Shown: piece after piece, positions 17,647-26,053 of the stretch
How the letters are laid out: every line of letters starts with the position of its first letter
Position numbering within the stretch: position 1 is the stretch's first letter
DNA from: Chthoniobacterales bacterium
Lineage (GTDB): Bacteria; Verrucomicrobiota; Verrucomicrobiia; Chthoniobacterales; DASVRZ01
Length of the DNA: 64,000 bases
Reading direction: 5' to 3'
NCBI GenBank assembly: GCA_038230215.1
Contig: JBBRNR010000002.1
Location: 324,788 to 388,787, forward strand
Notes under the pieces: generated by a model
What the model was told of the DNA's origin: nothing
The model's input: the letters and a program-made list of their open reading frames with translations, nothing else
The model's database searches: none
Translations under genes and position numbers: made by a program

Positions 17647-18426
17647 CTAATGCAGCTGCTTATAAAATAAGAATCCTGTGATGCTTAAACCCACAGCACT
17701 GATAATTCGACGAACCCACAGTTGCGGGAGTTTCTGCGAATAAGTGGAGCCAAAAAGATAGCCAACTAATGCTCCGATCGTCATGACTCCAGCTTTCGGC
17801 CAGTCAATTAGGCCGCCGCAGATGAAGATGATGGCGGCGACCACATTGATCAACGACCCGAGAACGTTTTTCAATGCGTTCATCTTATGTATGTGGGACA
17901 GACCCAAGAACCCAAGCGAGGCCAACATCAGAATGCCAATACCCGCGCCGAAATAGCCTCCGTAAACCGCCACGGAAAATTGCGCTGCGAGCGAGAGAAT
18001 CAGGAATGTCGATGAAATCCGCGGTGTGGACGGACTTTCCATTTGTTGTCTGGCCCGAGTTTTGAAGAGGCTCTGCGCCAGAAAAAGCATCGTCGCAAAA
18101 AGCAGCAGAAAAGGGACGATTCGAGTGAAAGTCGCATCACTGGTGTGGAGCAGCAGCACACTCCCGACACCTCCGCCCACCAAACTTACCGGGATCAGCC
18201 GACCAAGCCACGGCTTGATCTCATCCATGTGTCCACGGTATCCAAAAATGCTCCCAGCCGTGCCGATCACGAGTGCGAGTGTGCTGGTGGCATTGGCGAC
18301 AATGGCAGGCGTCCCGAAGAGGAGCAGCACGGGAAATGTTATCATCGTGCCGCCCCCGGCCACGGCATTAATGACACCGGCGGCAAACGCAGCGCCGAGC
18401 AGACTCAGAATTTCCTGAATAGGCAT
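17647..18426 (-). CDS. TauE/SafE-family anion exporter
   Basis: 259 aa with about 8 TM and duplicated Gly-rich helices (AGGGTMITFPVLL.., GYFGAGIGILM). Confidence 0.85.
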   Translation of the reverse strand: MPIQEILSLLGAAFAAGVINAVAGGGTMITFPVLLLFGTPAIVANATSTLALVIGTAGSIFGYRGHMDEIKPWLGRLIPVSLVGGGVGSVLLLHTSDATFTRIVPFLLLFATMLFLAQSLFKTRARQQMESPSTPRISSTFLILSLAAQFSVAVYGGYFGAGIGILMLASLGFLGLSHIHKMNALKNVLGSLINVVAAIIFICGGLIDWPKAGVMTIGALVGYLFGSTYSQKLPQLWVRRIISAVGLSITGFLFYKQLH

Positions 18427-18429
18427 GTC

Positions 18430-18936
18430 CTAAAGGCCAGAGTCGCGATTCGGGACATTCAGCCCGGGGTTATCAACTTTCTCTAACCGCCAATCCCATG
18501 GAAGTCCGCTCTGTTTTCGCCAAGTGAAAACCCATGGCGTTGAAAGTCGATTCACTTCGCTAGTGATCCACTCTGTCCCGCCTGTTCCAGTGCCGGAGAG
18601 CGTGAGATTCGTGGTGATCGTTGCTGTTTCCCGCGTGATAACCATCTGACTCCCCTGGCCGCGAATGGTGACGGCGAAAAACTGTCGCAGCACCTCGCGT
18701 AGATCACTGAGAGCGGTCTCACTATTATGCCCGAAGCGATCGGAATAGTTTGTCGCTAATTCGCTTTTCACCCGACTCCAGTTTCGATCTTCCAGAGACG
18801 TGAGGAAGTTTTTCTGATGAAGTTCAATTTGCCGCCGGGGCTGCCAGAGTTTAAAGCAATAAATGGCGATGAAAACGGTCGCGAAAATCATCAGCCGCCG
18901 TCCCCAGGCATGAACTTTGAATGTGGGCAGTGACAT
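18430..18936 (-). CDS. Hypothetical membrane-anchored protein, possibly NTF2/SnoaL-like fold
   Basis: Start taken at MSLPTFKVHAW (18936), because the longer tracked ORF to 19323 overlaps the NUDIX gene. One N-terminal TM followed by about 130 aa of alpha+beta-type sequence. Confidence 0.5.
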   Translation of the reverse strand: MSLPTFKVHAWGRRLMIFATVFIAIYCFKLWQPRRQIELHQKNFLTSLEDRNWSRVKSELATNYSDRFGHNSETALSDLREVLRQFFAVTIRGQGSQMVITRETATITTNLTLSGTGTGGTEWITSEVNRLSTPWVFTWRKQSGLPWDWRLEKVDNPGLNVPNRDSGL

Positions 18937-18945
18937 AAAACCCCC

Positions 18946-19404
18946 ATGAATAGCATCAAATACCGCCCAAATGTAGCGGCAATTCTTCAGCGCGTAGATG
19001 GTCAGATTCTCGTTGGCGAACGGCGCGACTACTCCGGCGCGTGGCAGTTTCCCCAAGGCGGCGTCGATTTGGGCGAAAGCCTGGAGGACGCGTTGCGGCG
19101 CGAGATCTGGGAGGAAATCGGACTCGACTCCAATGCTTATGACGTCGGTGAAATGCGCGGGCCGTATCGCTACGAGTTCATGAGGAAGCGCAAAAACTGG
19201 GGTTTTGGCGGTCAGGAGCAGCATTATTTTTTGCTGCATGCACGCCCAGATTGCACCCCAAAAGTGGACGTAAAGCATCCAGAATTTCAAAAACTCCGCT
19301 GGATCTGGCCGCCAGAGTTTCAACTAGTCTGGTTGCCGGAAATGAAGAAGCCGGTCTATCACCAAGTCTTCCTCGACTTCTTTCAAGTCGATCTGAACGA
19401 CTAG
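18946..19404 (+). CDS. rppH: NUDIX hydrolase, RppH-like RNA pyrophosphohydrolase
   Basis: YRPNVAAIL...WQFPQGGVDLGESLEDALRREIWEEIGL is the Nudix box, with an RppH-like N-terminus. Confidence 0.85.
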   Translation: MNSIKYRPNVAAILQRVDGQILVGERRDYSGAWQFPQGGVDLGESLEDALRREIWEEIGLDSNAYDVGEMRGPYRYEFMRKRKNWGFGGQEQHYFLLHARPDCTPKVDVKHPEFQKLRWIWPPEFQLVWLPEMKKPVYHQVFLDFFQVDLND

Positions 19405-19457
19405 CGCCGCGCCGATTTGCAAAACGGGTCGGGTCGTTTAGAATTGGCGTCCCATTT

Positions 19458-20642
19458 ATGAGTATTATCAGTCCCGACCGGCTGGAGAAAATCCAGTTTA
19501 GCAACGATGAGATCGCCCGTTATTCCCGGCACCTCATCATGCCGGAAGTGACGCTCGAAGGTCAGAAAAAGCTCAAAGCCGCGAAGATCCTCTGCATCGG
19601 TGCGGGCGGACTCGGCTCGCCCATTGCGCTCTATCTCGCTGCGGCGGGCATCGGAACGATCTGTCTGGTGGACTTCGACACCGTGGATTTTTCCAATTTG
19701 CAGCGTCAGATTCTCCACGGAACGAAAGACGTCGGTCGCAAGAAAATCCTCTCCGCCCGCGACCGCATTCGGGATGTAAATCCGAACGTCCAGGTCGTCA
19801 TGCACGACACAATGTTCCGCTCGGAGAACGCCATGGAGATCGTCGCTCCCTACGACATTGTGATCGACGGCACAGATAACTTCCCGACTCGTTATCTGTC
19901 CAATGACGTCTGCGTTTTCCTGAAAAAGCCCAACGTCTATGGCTCGATCTTTCGCTTCGACGGCCAATGCACGGTTTTCGCACCGCATCTCGGCGGCCCT
20001 TGCTACCGCTGCATGTTTCCCGAACCGCCGCCTCCCGGTATGGTCCCTAGCTGCGCCGAAGGTGGCGTGCTGGGGATTTTGCCCGGTATCATCGGCGTCA
20101 TGCAGGCGATTGAGGCCGTGAAACTCATCATGGGTATCGGCGAAACGCTGATGGGCCGGCTCATCAACTTCGACGCGCTGACGATGAAGTTTCGCGAATT
20201 CAAACTGCGCCGCGACCCGAAGTGTCCGGTCTGCGGCGAACATCCGACCGTCACCGAGCCGATCGATTACGAAATGTTCTGCGGCGTGCCGCAAGCCGCT
20301 GCGAAACTTGAGGAAGACGCCGATGTGCCATCGATTTCTGCAAAAGAACTCAAGGAACGCCTCGACCGTGGCGACAAGGTCGTCCTCCTCGATGTCCGCG
20401 AGAAATACGAATGGGACATCTGCCATTTGCCCGGTGCGACTTTGATTCCACTCAACCAACTTCCATCGCGTATGAGCGAACTGGATTCGGCGGATGAGAT
20501 CGTAGTGCATTGCAAGATCGGCAATCGCAGCGTGACGGCTTTTCACACGTTGCAGGACGCTGGGTTCGGGAAACTCCTGAATCTTACCGACGGCCTCGTA
20601 ACATGGACGGATCAGGTCGATCCTGCCTTCCCGAAATACTGA
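19458..20642 (+). CDS. moeB: MoeB/ThiF-type adenylyltransferase fused to a rhodanese domain (MoeZ-like)
   Basis: YSRHLIMPEV, GAGGLGSP, CYRC..C zinc motif and a C-terminal rhodanese domain with HCKIGNRS. The start is the ATG at 19458 within tracked ORF 19251..20642. Confidence 0.9.
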   Translation: MSIISPDRLEKIQFSNDEIARYSRHLIMPEVTLEGQKKLKAAKILCIGAGGLGSPIALYLAAAGIGTICLVDFDTVDFSNLQRQILHGTKDVGRKKILSARDRIRDVNPNVQVVMHDTMFRSENAMEIVAPYDIVIDGTDNFPTRYLSNDVCVFLKKPNVYGSIFRFDGQCTVFAPHLGGPCYRCMFPEPPPPGMVPSCAEGGVLGILPGIIGVMQAIEAVKLIMGIGETLMGRLINFDALTMKFREFKLRRDPKCPVCGEHPTVTEPIDYEMFCGVPQAAAKLEEDADVPSISAKELKERLDRGDKVVLLDVREKYEWDICHLPGATLIPLNQLPSRMSELDSADEIVVHCKIGNRSVTAFHTLQDAGFGKLLNLTDGLVTWTDQVDPAFPKY

Positions 20643-20648
20643 TTCGAG

Positions 20649-20903
20649 TTGCAGATGGATCGCGCACAATTGATCCAGATTTTGCGCTGCCCGGAAACGA
20701 TGCAACTCGTCCGTGAGGCGACGGCTGAAGAAATCTCCGACTGCAATCGACGCATCGCCGCCGGGGAGATTCACAAAAAGTCCGGCGCGCCGCGCCTTGA
20801 ATCGATCGAAACTGGACTCATCCGCGAAGACGGCACGATCCTTTTTCCCATTGAAAATAACATCCCCGTAATGTTGCTCGAAGAAGCTCTTGTTCTTCGT
20901 TAA
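20649..20903 (+). CDS. Trm112-family small zinc-ribbon-like protein
   Basis: LRCPET ... FPIENNIPVMLLEEA is typical of the Trm112/UPF0434 family. 84 aa. Confidence 0.7.
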   Translation: MQMDRAQLIQILRCPETMQLVREATAEEISDCNRRIAAGEIHKKSGAPRLESIETGLIREDGTILFPIENNIPVMLLEEALVLR

Positions 20904-20923
20904 AAAATCTCTAGAACGAAGCC

Positions 20924-21673
20924 ATGCCATCCGACGCCGTGAGTTCCGAGAAAAGAATCATTCTCGATGATCTGGACCAGAAAGAAGTCGTCGATACGGA
21001 GACTTACAAGCGCAAGCTGAAAGAGCAGCAACTTTCCCTGCTCAACCTCCAGTTGCGCCTGAGCAAAACCAAACGCTCCGTCATCATGGTCTTCGAGGGA
21101 CCAGACGCGGCGGGCAAAGGCGGCTCGATCAAGCGCATCACCGAGAAACTCGACCCGCGCATGTATCGCGTTTACTCGGTCATCAAGCCGACTTCCGAGG
21201 AATATCAGCACCATTACATGTGGCGTTTCTGGAACAAACTTCCGCAATACGGCCAGATCGCCATCTTCGACCGCTCGTGGTATGGCCGCCTTCTGGTCGA
21301 GCGCGTGGAAGGTTTCGCCAAAGAGGACGAATGGAAGCGCGCCACCCGGGAAATCAACGACTTTGAGCGCACTCTGACCGACGACGGCGCGATCATTTTC
21401 AAGTTCTACATCCATATTAGCAAGGACGAGCAACTGGAGCGTTTCAAACGTCGCGAGGCCGATCCCTACAAGCACTGGAAAATCAGCGACGAAGACTGGC
21501 GCAACCGCCACAAATGGAACGAGCACAACCTGGCGGCGCAGGATTGTTTCGAGAAAACCTCCACCCGCTGCGCACCGTGGGTCGTCATTCCCGGCAATTA
21601 CAAATGGAGCGCGCGACTTCAGGTTTTGAAAACGATTACGCGTCGCCTCGAGGAAACCGACCTCACCACGTAA
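20924..21673 (+). CDS. ppk2: Polyphosphate kinase 2
   Basis: Walker A FEGPDAAGKGG, plus RFWNKLPQYGQIAIFDRSWY and the lid region. Confidence 0.9.
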   Translation: MPSDAVSSEKRIILDDLDQKEVVDTETYKRKLKEQQLSLLNLQLRLSKTKRSVIMVFEGPDAAGKGGSIKRITEKLDPRMYRVYSVIKPTSEEYQHHYMWRFWNKLPQYGQIAIFDRSWYGRLLVERVEGFAKEDEWKRATREINDFERTLTDDGAIIFKFYIHISKDEQLERFKRREADPYKHWKISDEDWRNRHKWNEHNLAAQDCFEKTSTRCAPWVVIPGNYKWSARLQVLKTITRRLEETDLTT

Positions 21674-21674
21674 C

Positions 21675-21718
21675 CCTGCAACTCGCCTGCAACTCGCCTG
21701 TTAGTAGCTTGTTAGTCG
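21675..21718. repeat. Four to five degenerate 11-bp direct repeats between the convergent ppk2 and ntrC-like genes
   Basis: cctgcaactcg / cctgcaactcg / cctgttagtag / cttgttagtcg, then cccgctagcac, which runs into the stop codon of the minus-strand gene. Confidence 0.6.
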
Positions 21719-21722
21719 CCCG

Positions 21723-23120
21723 CTAGCACTCGATCTCGAGACGCTTGATTTTCTGGTAAAGCGTCGGGCGATAAATCCCGAGCATTTCCGCCGCTTTTTT
21801 CTTGTTGCCCTGGGTCGCCGCCAGGGCGCGGATGATGGTTTGCTTCTCGTTTTCCACCAGACTTTGCACGCTTGCAGTCGTCGCCTTGCGGCGGGTTTGC
21901 AGCCCGGCGGGCAATCGGATTTCCGCAGGCAGATGCGCCTCCTCGATGGTGTGTCCCTCGGCCAGAACGACTGCATACTCAATGGCATTGCGGAGTTGCC
22001 GCACATTTCCCGGCCAATGGAAGGCGGTGATTTTATCCAAGGCACTGGCCGTGAGGACGATGCCGTCCTTGCCCATCTGGCTGGCAAAAGTTTCCACGAA
22101 CAGATTGGCCAGCATGGGAATATCCTCGCGTCGTTCCCGCAGCGGCGGCAACTCGAGTTGGAACGTATTCAGCCGGTAATACAGATCCTCGCGCAGACGT
22201 CCGCTCTCCAGCGCCTCGTCGATCGCGCGATTGGTCGCGGCAATCAGCCGGAAATCGACCGGTTTCGTTTTCGTGCTGCCGAGCGGACGATACTCGCGTT
22301 CCTGCAAAACGCGCAGCAACCGCGTCTGGAGTTCGGGAGGCATCTCGGCGAGCTCATCGAGGAAAAGCGTGCCGCCTGCCGACTCCTGGATCATGCCTGG
22401 AAAATCGGCGACGGCTCCGGTGAACGCCCCTTTTACATAACCAAACAACTCGGCCTCGATCATGTTCGCCGGGAACGCCGCGCAGTTCAGTTTCACCAGC
22501 GGACCCGTCGCCCGGCGGCTCGATTGATGAATGTGATTCGCCAAAACTTCCTTGCCCACGCCGCTTTCGCCGAGGATGAGAACACTGGCGTCGCTCGTCG
22601 CGAGGCGGCGCACCAGATCGTAGATTTCCTGCATCTTGCGACTGCGCGCCTTCGGGGAAAAATACGCCTCGGCCCGCCGCAATTTCTTTTTCAGCTCCTT
22701 CGTTTCCTCCCGTAAATGCGCCGTCTCCTCCTGCATGTTGTGCGCCTCCAGAGCGCGCCCCAGCAGACTGATCACCTCCTCCGGCGCGTAGGGCTTGCTG
22801 ATAAAATGAAACGCTCCGAGTTTGATCGATTCGATGGCGTTATGCAGTGAATCTTGACCCGTCAAAATGATTACCTGGAGATCGGGCCGCGTGAGTTTCA
22901 TCTCGCTCAGGAGCTCCATACCGTCGCCATCGGGCAGGCCGAGGTCCAGCAACACGGCGTCGGGATTTTCCCGCTCCACGAGGCTGCGCCCGGAGGAGGC
23001 CGTGTTGGCGAGATGCACCGTGTAACCCTTGCGCGTAAGCAGTGCGTCGAGCGTCATGAGGACGGGGCGCTCGTCGTCGATCACCACGATTTTTCCCAGA
23101 GTGGCGGCGGGCGTGTTCAT
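21723..23120 (-). CDS. Sigma-54-dependent response regulator (NtrC family: REC + AAA+ + Fis-type HTH)
   Basis: REC domain (VIDDE..DLGLPDGDG), Walker A GESGVGKE, the GAFTGA sigma-54 contact motif and a C-terminal HTH (AAEMLGIYRPTLYQKIKRL). Confidence 0.93.
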   Translation of the reverse strand: MNTPAATLGKIVVIDDERPVLMTLDALLTRKGYTVHLANTASSGRSLVERENPDAVLLDLGLPDGDGMELLSEMKLTRPDLQVIILTGQDSLHNAIESIKLGAFHFISKPYAPEEVISLLGRALEAHNMQEETAHLREETKELKKKLRRAEAYFSPKARSRKMQEIYDLVRRLATSDASVLILGESGVGKEVLANHIHQSSRRATGPLVKLNCAAFPANMIEAELFGYVKGAFTGAVADFPGMIQESAGGTLFLDELAEMPPELQTRLLRVLQEREYRPLGSTKTKPVDFRLIAATNRAIDEALESGRLREDLYYRLNTFQLELPPLRERREDIPMLANLFVETFASQMGKDGIVLTASALDKITAFHWPGNVRQLRNAIEYAVVLAEGHTIEEAHLPAEIRLPAGLQTRRKATTASVQSLVENEKQTIIRALAATQGNKKKAAEMLGIYRPTLYQKIKRLEIEC

Positions 23121-23824
23121 GGGAGTTGCATGGGAAGGCGGACGGTTGTCTGGAGCGTTTCATTCACGATATTTCGCTCATACTGAATCACCCCGGAATG
23201 GGCGGCCAATACGCGCCGGGCAAAATAAAGTCCCAGTCCCATGTGACCGCGCACCTGACTGGAAAAAGGCTGGTGTCCCCACGAGTCCGGGTCGGTGTCG
23301 CCGAAGTATTTTTCCGTCCAGGAGAGCACGAGAAACCCATCGTCCTCGTGTGCGGCGATGACGATTTGAGCGTCGGCGGAAAGGTGGTGCAAGCTGTTCT
23401 CGATCAATTCACCGATGGCTTGAGAAATGAGGACGAAATCGACAACCACTTTTCCAGCCAACGGACTTTTTTCCCAAGTGATCTGGGCTGCCTTTTCGCC
23501 CGCCTGCAGGCTCAGAAACGGGCTCAAATCCTCCAGAAAAAAATCCGCCGGATATGGGATCGCCATTACATTGGGAGTCGAGATTCTACGATTGAGAGCA
23601 CTGAGTTGAGTGGTCGCCGAGACGATCAGCTGGTGTGCCTCGGCCAGATCGGCTTCGCGCTCTGCATCTGTGTCGGCATATTGGGCCGCACTGATGCGTA
23701 AATTAATGCCGTTCAACACGTTGCGCCAGTCGTGCGTGAGCGTTCGCATCCCCTGCTCCACTTGTTGGATATTCACTCTGTCAGATGTGTCGTCGTTCAC
23801 GACACCGTGTGTAGTCGGTTTCAT
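23117..23824 (-). CDS. Short cytoplasmic histidine kinase (DHp + HATPase only)
   Basis: H-box LTHDWRNVLNGI and ATP-lid GLGLYFARR. No TM or sensor domain. 4-nt overlap with the regulator gene. Start taken at MKPTTHG (23824), because upstream codons of tracked ORF 23117..24016 run into the 42-bp repeat array. Confidence 0.7.
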   Translation of the reverse strand: MKPTTHGVVNDDTSDRVNIQQVEQGMRTLTHDWRNVLNGINLRISAAQYADTDAEREADLAEAHQLIVSATTQLSALNRRISTPNVMAIPYPADFFLEDLSPFLSLQAGEKAAQITWEKSPLAGKVVVDFVLISQAIGELIENSLHHLSADAQIVIAAHEDDGFLVLSWTEKYFGDTDPDSWGHQPFSSQVRGHMGLGLYFARRVLAAHSGVIQYERNIVNETLQTTVRLPMQLP

Positions 23825-23933
23825 CAGCTTGGTAAAGTGAAAGATGGAGTCGGCGATATTTCCTGTCGCCGTATCGAAACAGGAACATGCGGCCCGGGGA
23901 ATACCGTCGTGCTCATCGCTCTGGCAGCCGCTT

Positions 23934-24157
23934 CTTGCAGTGCACAATCGACTTCCATGCCATTGGGACCGCCTTCCGACGGTGTGGAATCGACCCCCAG
24001 TCCGCTGGCACCCCATTCCAACAGTGCGGAATCGACCCTAGTCCGCTGGCACCCCATTCCGACAGTGTGGAATCGACCGCCACTACGCTGGAAGCCGATT
24101 CTGACAGTGCGGAATCGACTCCCACTGCGCTGGAAGCCGATTCCACACTGGAATTTT
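23934..24157. repeat. 42-bp tandem repeat, about 5 copies, each with an ATTCC-N8-GGAAT hairpin/palindrome
   Basis: Units at 23974-24015, 24016-24056, 24057-24098 and 24099-24140. There is a degenerate unit at 23934-23973 and a partial unit at 24141-24157. Consensus: TTCCGACAGTGYGGAATCGAC...CGCTGG(C/A)A..CC.A. Confidence 0.8.
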
Positions 24158-24336
24158 GGACCGAGTTTGGGGCGTAACCAGCGGTGTTGCCAGGCTGAGC
24201 CACTGGCTCTCTCATATTTTTTGGGAAATAACTGGTCGCGCCACATTGATTCTGATTAAAAATCGCACCCGACGTTTTGCGAGGCCACAACGACCTCGTC
24301 GGCGTCCACCCATGACCCATTAAGGAACCCTTATTT

Positions 24337-25080
24337 ATGCCTAGATACCAAGCACCCACCTCCGACGAAGCTCGTCTCACCGCCCTCGAAAAAGCCCGCG
24401 ACATCGCGAAAATCGACATCGCCGCCGGACGCAAATCCATCACCGCAGGCACCCTCGACGCCATTACCGGCTTCATCCTGCTCTTCCGCCCGCTCTATGT
24501 CGCCCTCGCCGCAGCTCTCGGCGGACGCATCAAAGAAGTGCGCGAACGCGAAACCGCCCGCGCCATCCTCGACACCTACGTGCGCGACTTCTGGGAAGTG
24601 CTCAAACGCCGCAGCCACCGCCTGGGCCATCCCGTCGAGATTTACACCTACTACGGCATCCCCGGCGACGGAAACGTGCCAGATCTCCACACCTTCGACG
24701 ACCTCCTGAACGCCGCCGACAAACTCATCACCGGCGAGACCACCGCCCTCGGCAAAGGCTTCCCCGCCATGAGCAACCCCAGCATCGCCGCGCTCGTCCC
24801 GGTGCTCGCCGAGGCCCGCAAACAAGCCGCCGACGTGCCCCTCGCCGACCGCGCCTACACCACCGCGCAAACCGCCATCGCCGCCAAACGTGCCGAAGCC
24901 GACACCCACATCAATGACATCATGGCCGACCTCGAAAGCAGCCTCCGCCGCATCGAACCCTCGACCCGCCGCCAAATCCTGCGCAGTTACGGCGCGACCT
25001 TCGTTCCCCTCCCCGGCGAACCCGCCGACCCGACACCAGGCGAAACGCCAGCCGCCAACACACCGACAGCTCCGGTCTAA
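24337..25080 (+). CDS. Hypothetical protein (Ala-rich, Pro/Thr-rich C-terminal tail)
   Basis: 247-aa ORF with strong third-position GC bias. The antisense 214-aa ORF is a Gly/Ala shadow. No family recognised. Confidence 0.55.
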   Translation: MPRYQAPTSDEARLTALEKARDIAKIDIAAGRKSITAGTLDAITGFILLFRPLYVALAAALGGRIKEVRERETARAILDTYVRDFWEVLKRRSHRLGHPVEIYTYYGIPGDGNVPDLHTFDDLLNAADKLITGETTALGKGFPAMSNPSIAALVPVLAEARKQAADVPLADRAYTTAQTAIAAKRAEADTHINDIMADLESSLRRIEPSTRRQILRSYGATFVPLPGEPADPTPGETPAANTPTAPV

Positions 25081-25116
25081 TAGGATGTGAGACTACTCGT
25101 CGCCATCCACAGCTAT

Positions 25117-25296
25117 ATGAAGCGTGAACTACACAAAAAGTCCGGCCCATTGGCTTCACCGTTTTGGGACTACGCTGGTTACATCTTTCTCGCTGCATTC
25201 CTATTGTTGTCTGGCGAAAGTCTTCTTTGGATTTGGGGTGCTTTCGTACTCGCCGTATTTCTGGCTTTGCGTAGTTGGGGCCGACAGTCCGATTAG
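25117..25296 (+). CDS. Possible small 2-TM membrane protein
   Basis: Tracked ORF 25087..25296 starts at GTG; the first ATG is 25117. Two hydrophobic helices. AT-richer patch. Confidence 0.35.
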   Translation: MKRELHKKSGPLASPFWDYAGYIFLAAFLLLSGESLLWIWGAFVLAVFLALRSWGRQSD

Positions 25297-25329
25297 ATTT
25301 TGCTTCGTTCACCATGTATTCTGATTGTC

Positions 25330-25674
25330 ATGCTCCCAAGATCATCCGAGGACGCCTTCACTTTTGAAATGAACGCCATCAATAAATCAGCATTCGTCCG
25401 ATTCCTGATGGCACTAGCGGGTTGCTTGGTATTTGCTTTTGGCACAATTAGCCTAGTCAGGGCGGATCTTTGCATAATCGAGGCCTATCGATCTCTCGAA
25501 ACTTTACCTAAAGAGCTCGCTGGGGAGCCGCTTCCATCGTTTCATTCGACTCTTATCTGGTTATTCCTGGCGGGCTGCGTCTGGCTATATGCCTTCGGTA
25601 TGGCCGTGCGGCACCTCCTTTTAGCACTGCGACATCTCCGGTCCAACAAGATGTTAGATGGTGAAGCCTCATGA
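25330..25674 (+). CDS. Possible small 2-TM membrane protein
   Basis: ATG at 25330 within tracked ORF 25300..25674 (TTG). Two TM helices. Its stop overlaps the next start by 4 nt (ATGA). Confidence 0.4.
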   Translation: MLPRSSEDAFTFEMNAINKSAFVRFLMALAGCLVFAFGTISLVRADLCIIEAYRSLETLPKELAGEPLPSFHSTLIWLFLAGCVWLYAFGMAVRHLLLALRHLRSNKMLDGEAS

Positions 25675-25988
25675 CCGTCCACGAACAGTTTAGACAGCGT
25701 CGGGTGAAGCTGCTTAAGGGTATCGCTGCAAGCTTCGTCTTGTTCGCGGCTGCGAGTTCGCTCGCCAACAAACATCCTTCTCCGATTCTCGTGGCGTTGA
25801 TCCTTCTTGCCTTCGCCGGTTTTGGTGTTTGCACCATCCTCATCAACTTTGCCTGCAAGTGTCCGCGCTGTCGGAAATGCATCATAGCCATCAACACTCC
25901 CGACACGAGCTTCCTCTCTTTTCCACGTTATTGCGGTCACTGCGGTTTGGATTTCGAGTCTGTCGATGCTGACACACCACCCATCTAA
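25671..25988 (+). CDS. Possible small 2-TM membrane protein with C-terminal zinc-ribbon (CxxC ... CxxC)
   Basis: Two TM helices followed by CKCPRCRKC ... YCGHCG. Translationally coupled to the upstream ORF. Confidence 0.45.
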   Translation: MTVHEQFRQRRVKLLKGIAASFVLFAAASSLANKHPSPILVALILLAFAGFGVCTILINFACKCPRCRKCIIAINTPDTSFLSFPRYCGHCGLDFESVDADTPPI

Positions 25989-26053
25989 CCATGCAACCAC
26001 GCCCGTTACTTTTGCGCTTGGGCAAGTAAGGCGTCGTCGATATTTAGGTCGTC

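Noticed and set aside
19401-20930. 509-aa minus-strand ORF
   Set aside because: It is entirely antisense to moeB and the Trm112-like gene. It has no recognisable motifs and shows typical high-GC antisense openness.
21840-22715. 291-aa + strand ORF
   Set aside because: It is antisense to the AAA+ domain of the sigma-54 activator, whose own motifs (GAFTGA, Walker A) are unambiguous.
24003-24062. CTGGCACCCCATTCC in two of the 42-bp units resembles a sigma-54 -24 box
   Set aside because: There is no GC dinucleotide at the required GG-N10-GC spacing (TTCC instead of TTGC, and one base short). The sites are also about 300 nt from the nearest start codon.
23732-24476. ORFs 23732..24259 (+), 23824..24246 (-), 23887..24177 (+), 23913..24476 (-) and the N-terminal extension of the kinase ORF to 24016
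   Set aside because: All of them run through the 42-bp (14-codon) tandem array, which keeps every frame open. The products are repetitive Trp/Arg/Pro strings with no gene-like features.
24331-24975. 214-aa Gly/Ala/Val-rich minus-strand ORF
   Set aside because: It is antisense to the 24337..25080 ORF, which has the better start context and codon bias. Which strand is real cannot be proven here, but the minus ORF is low-complexity.
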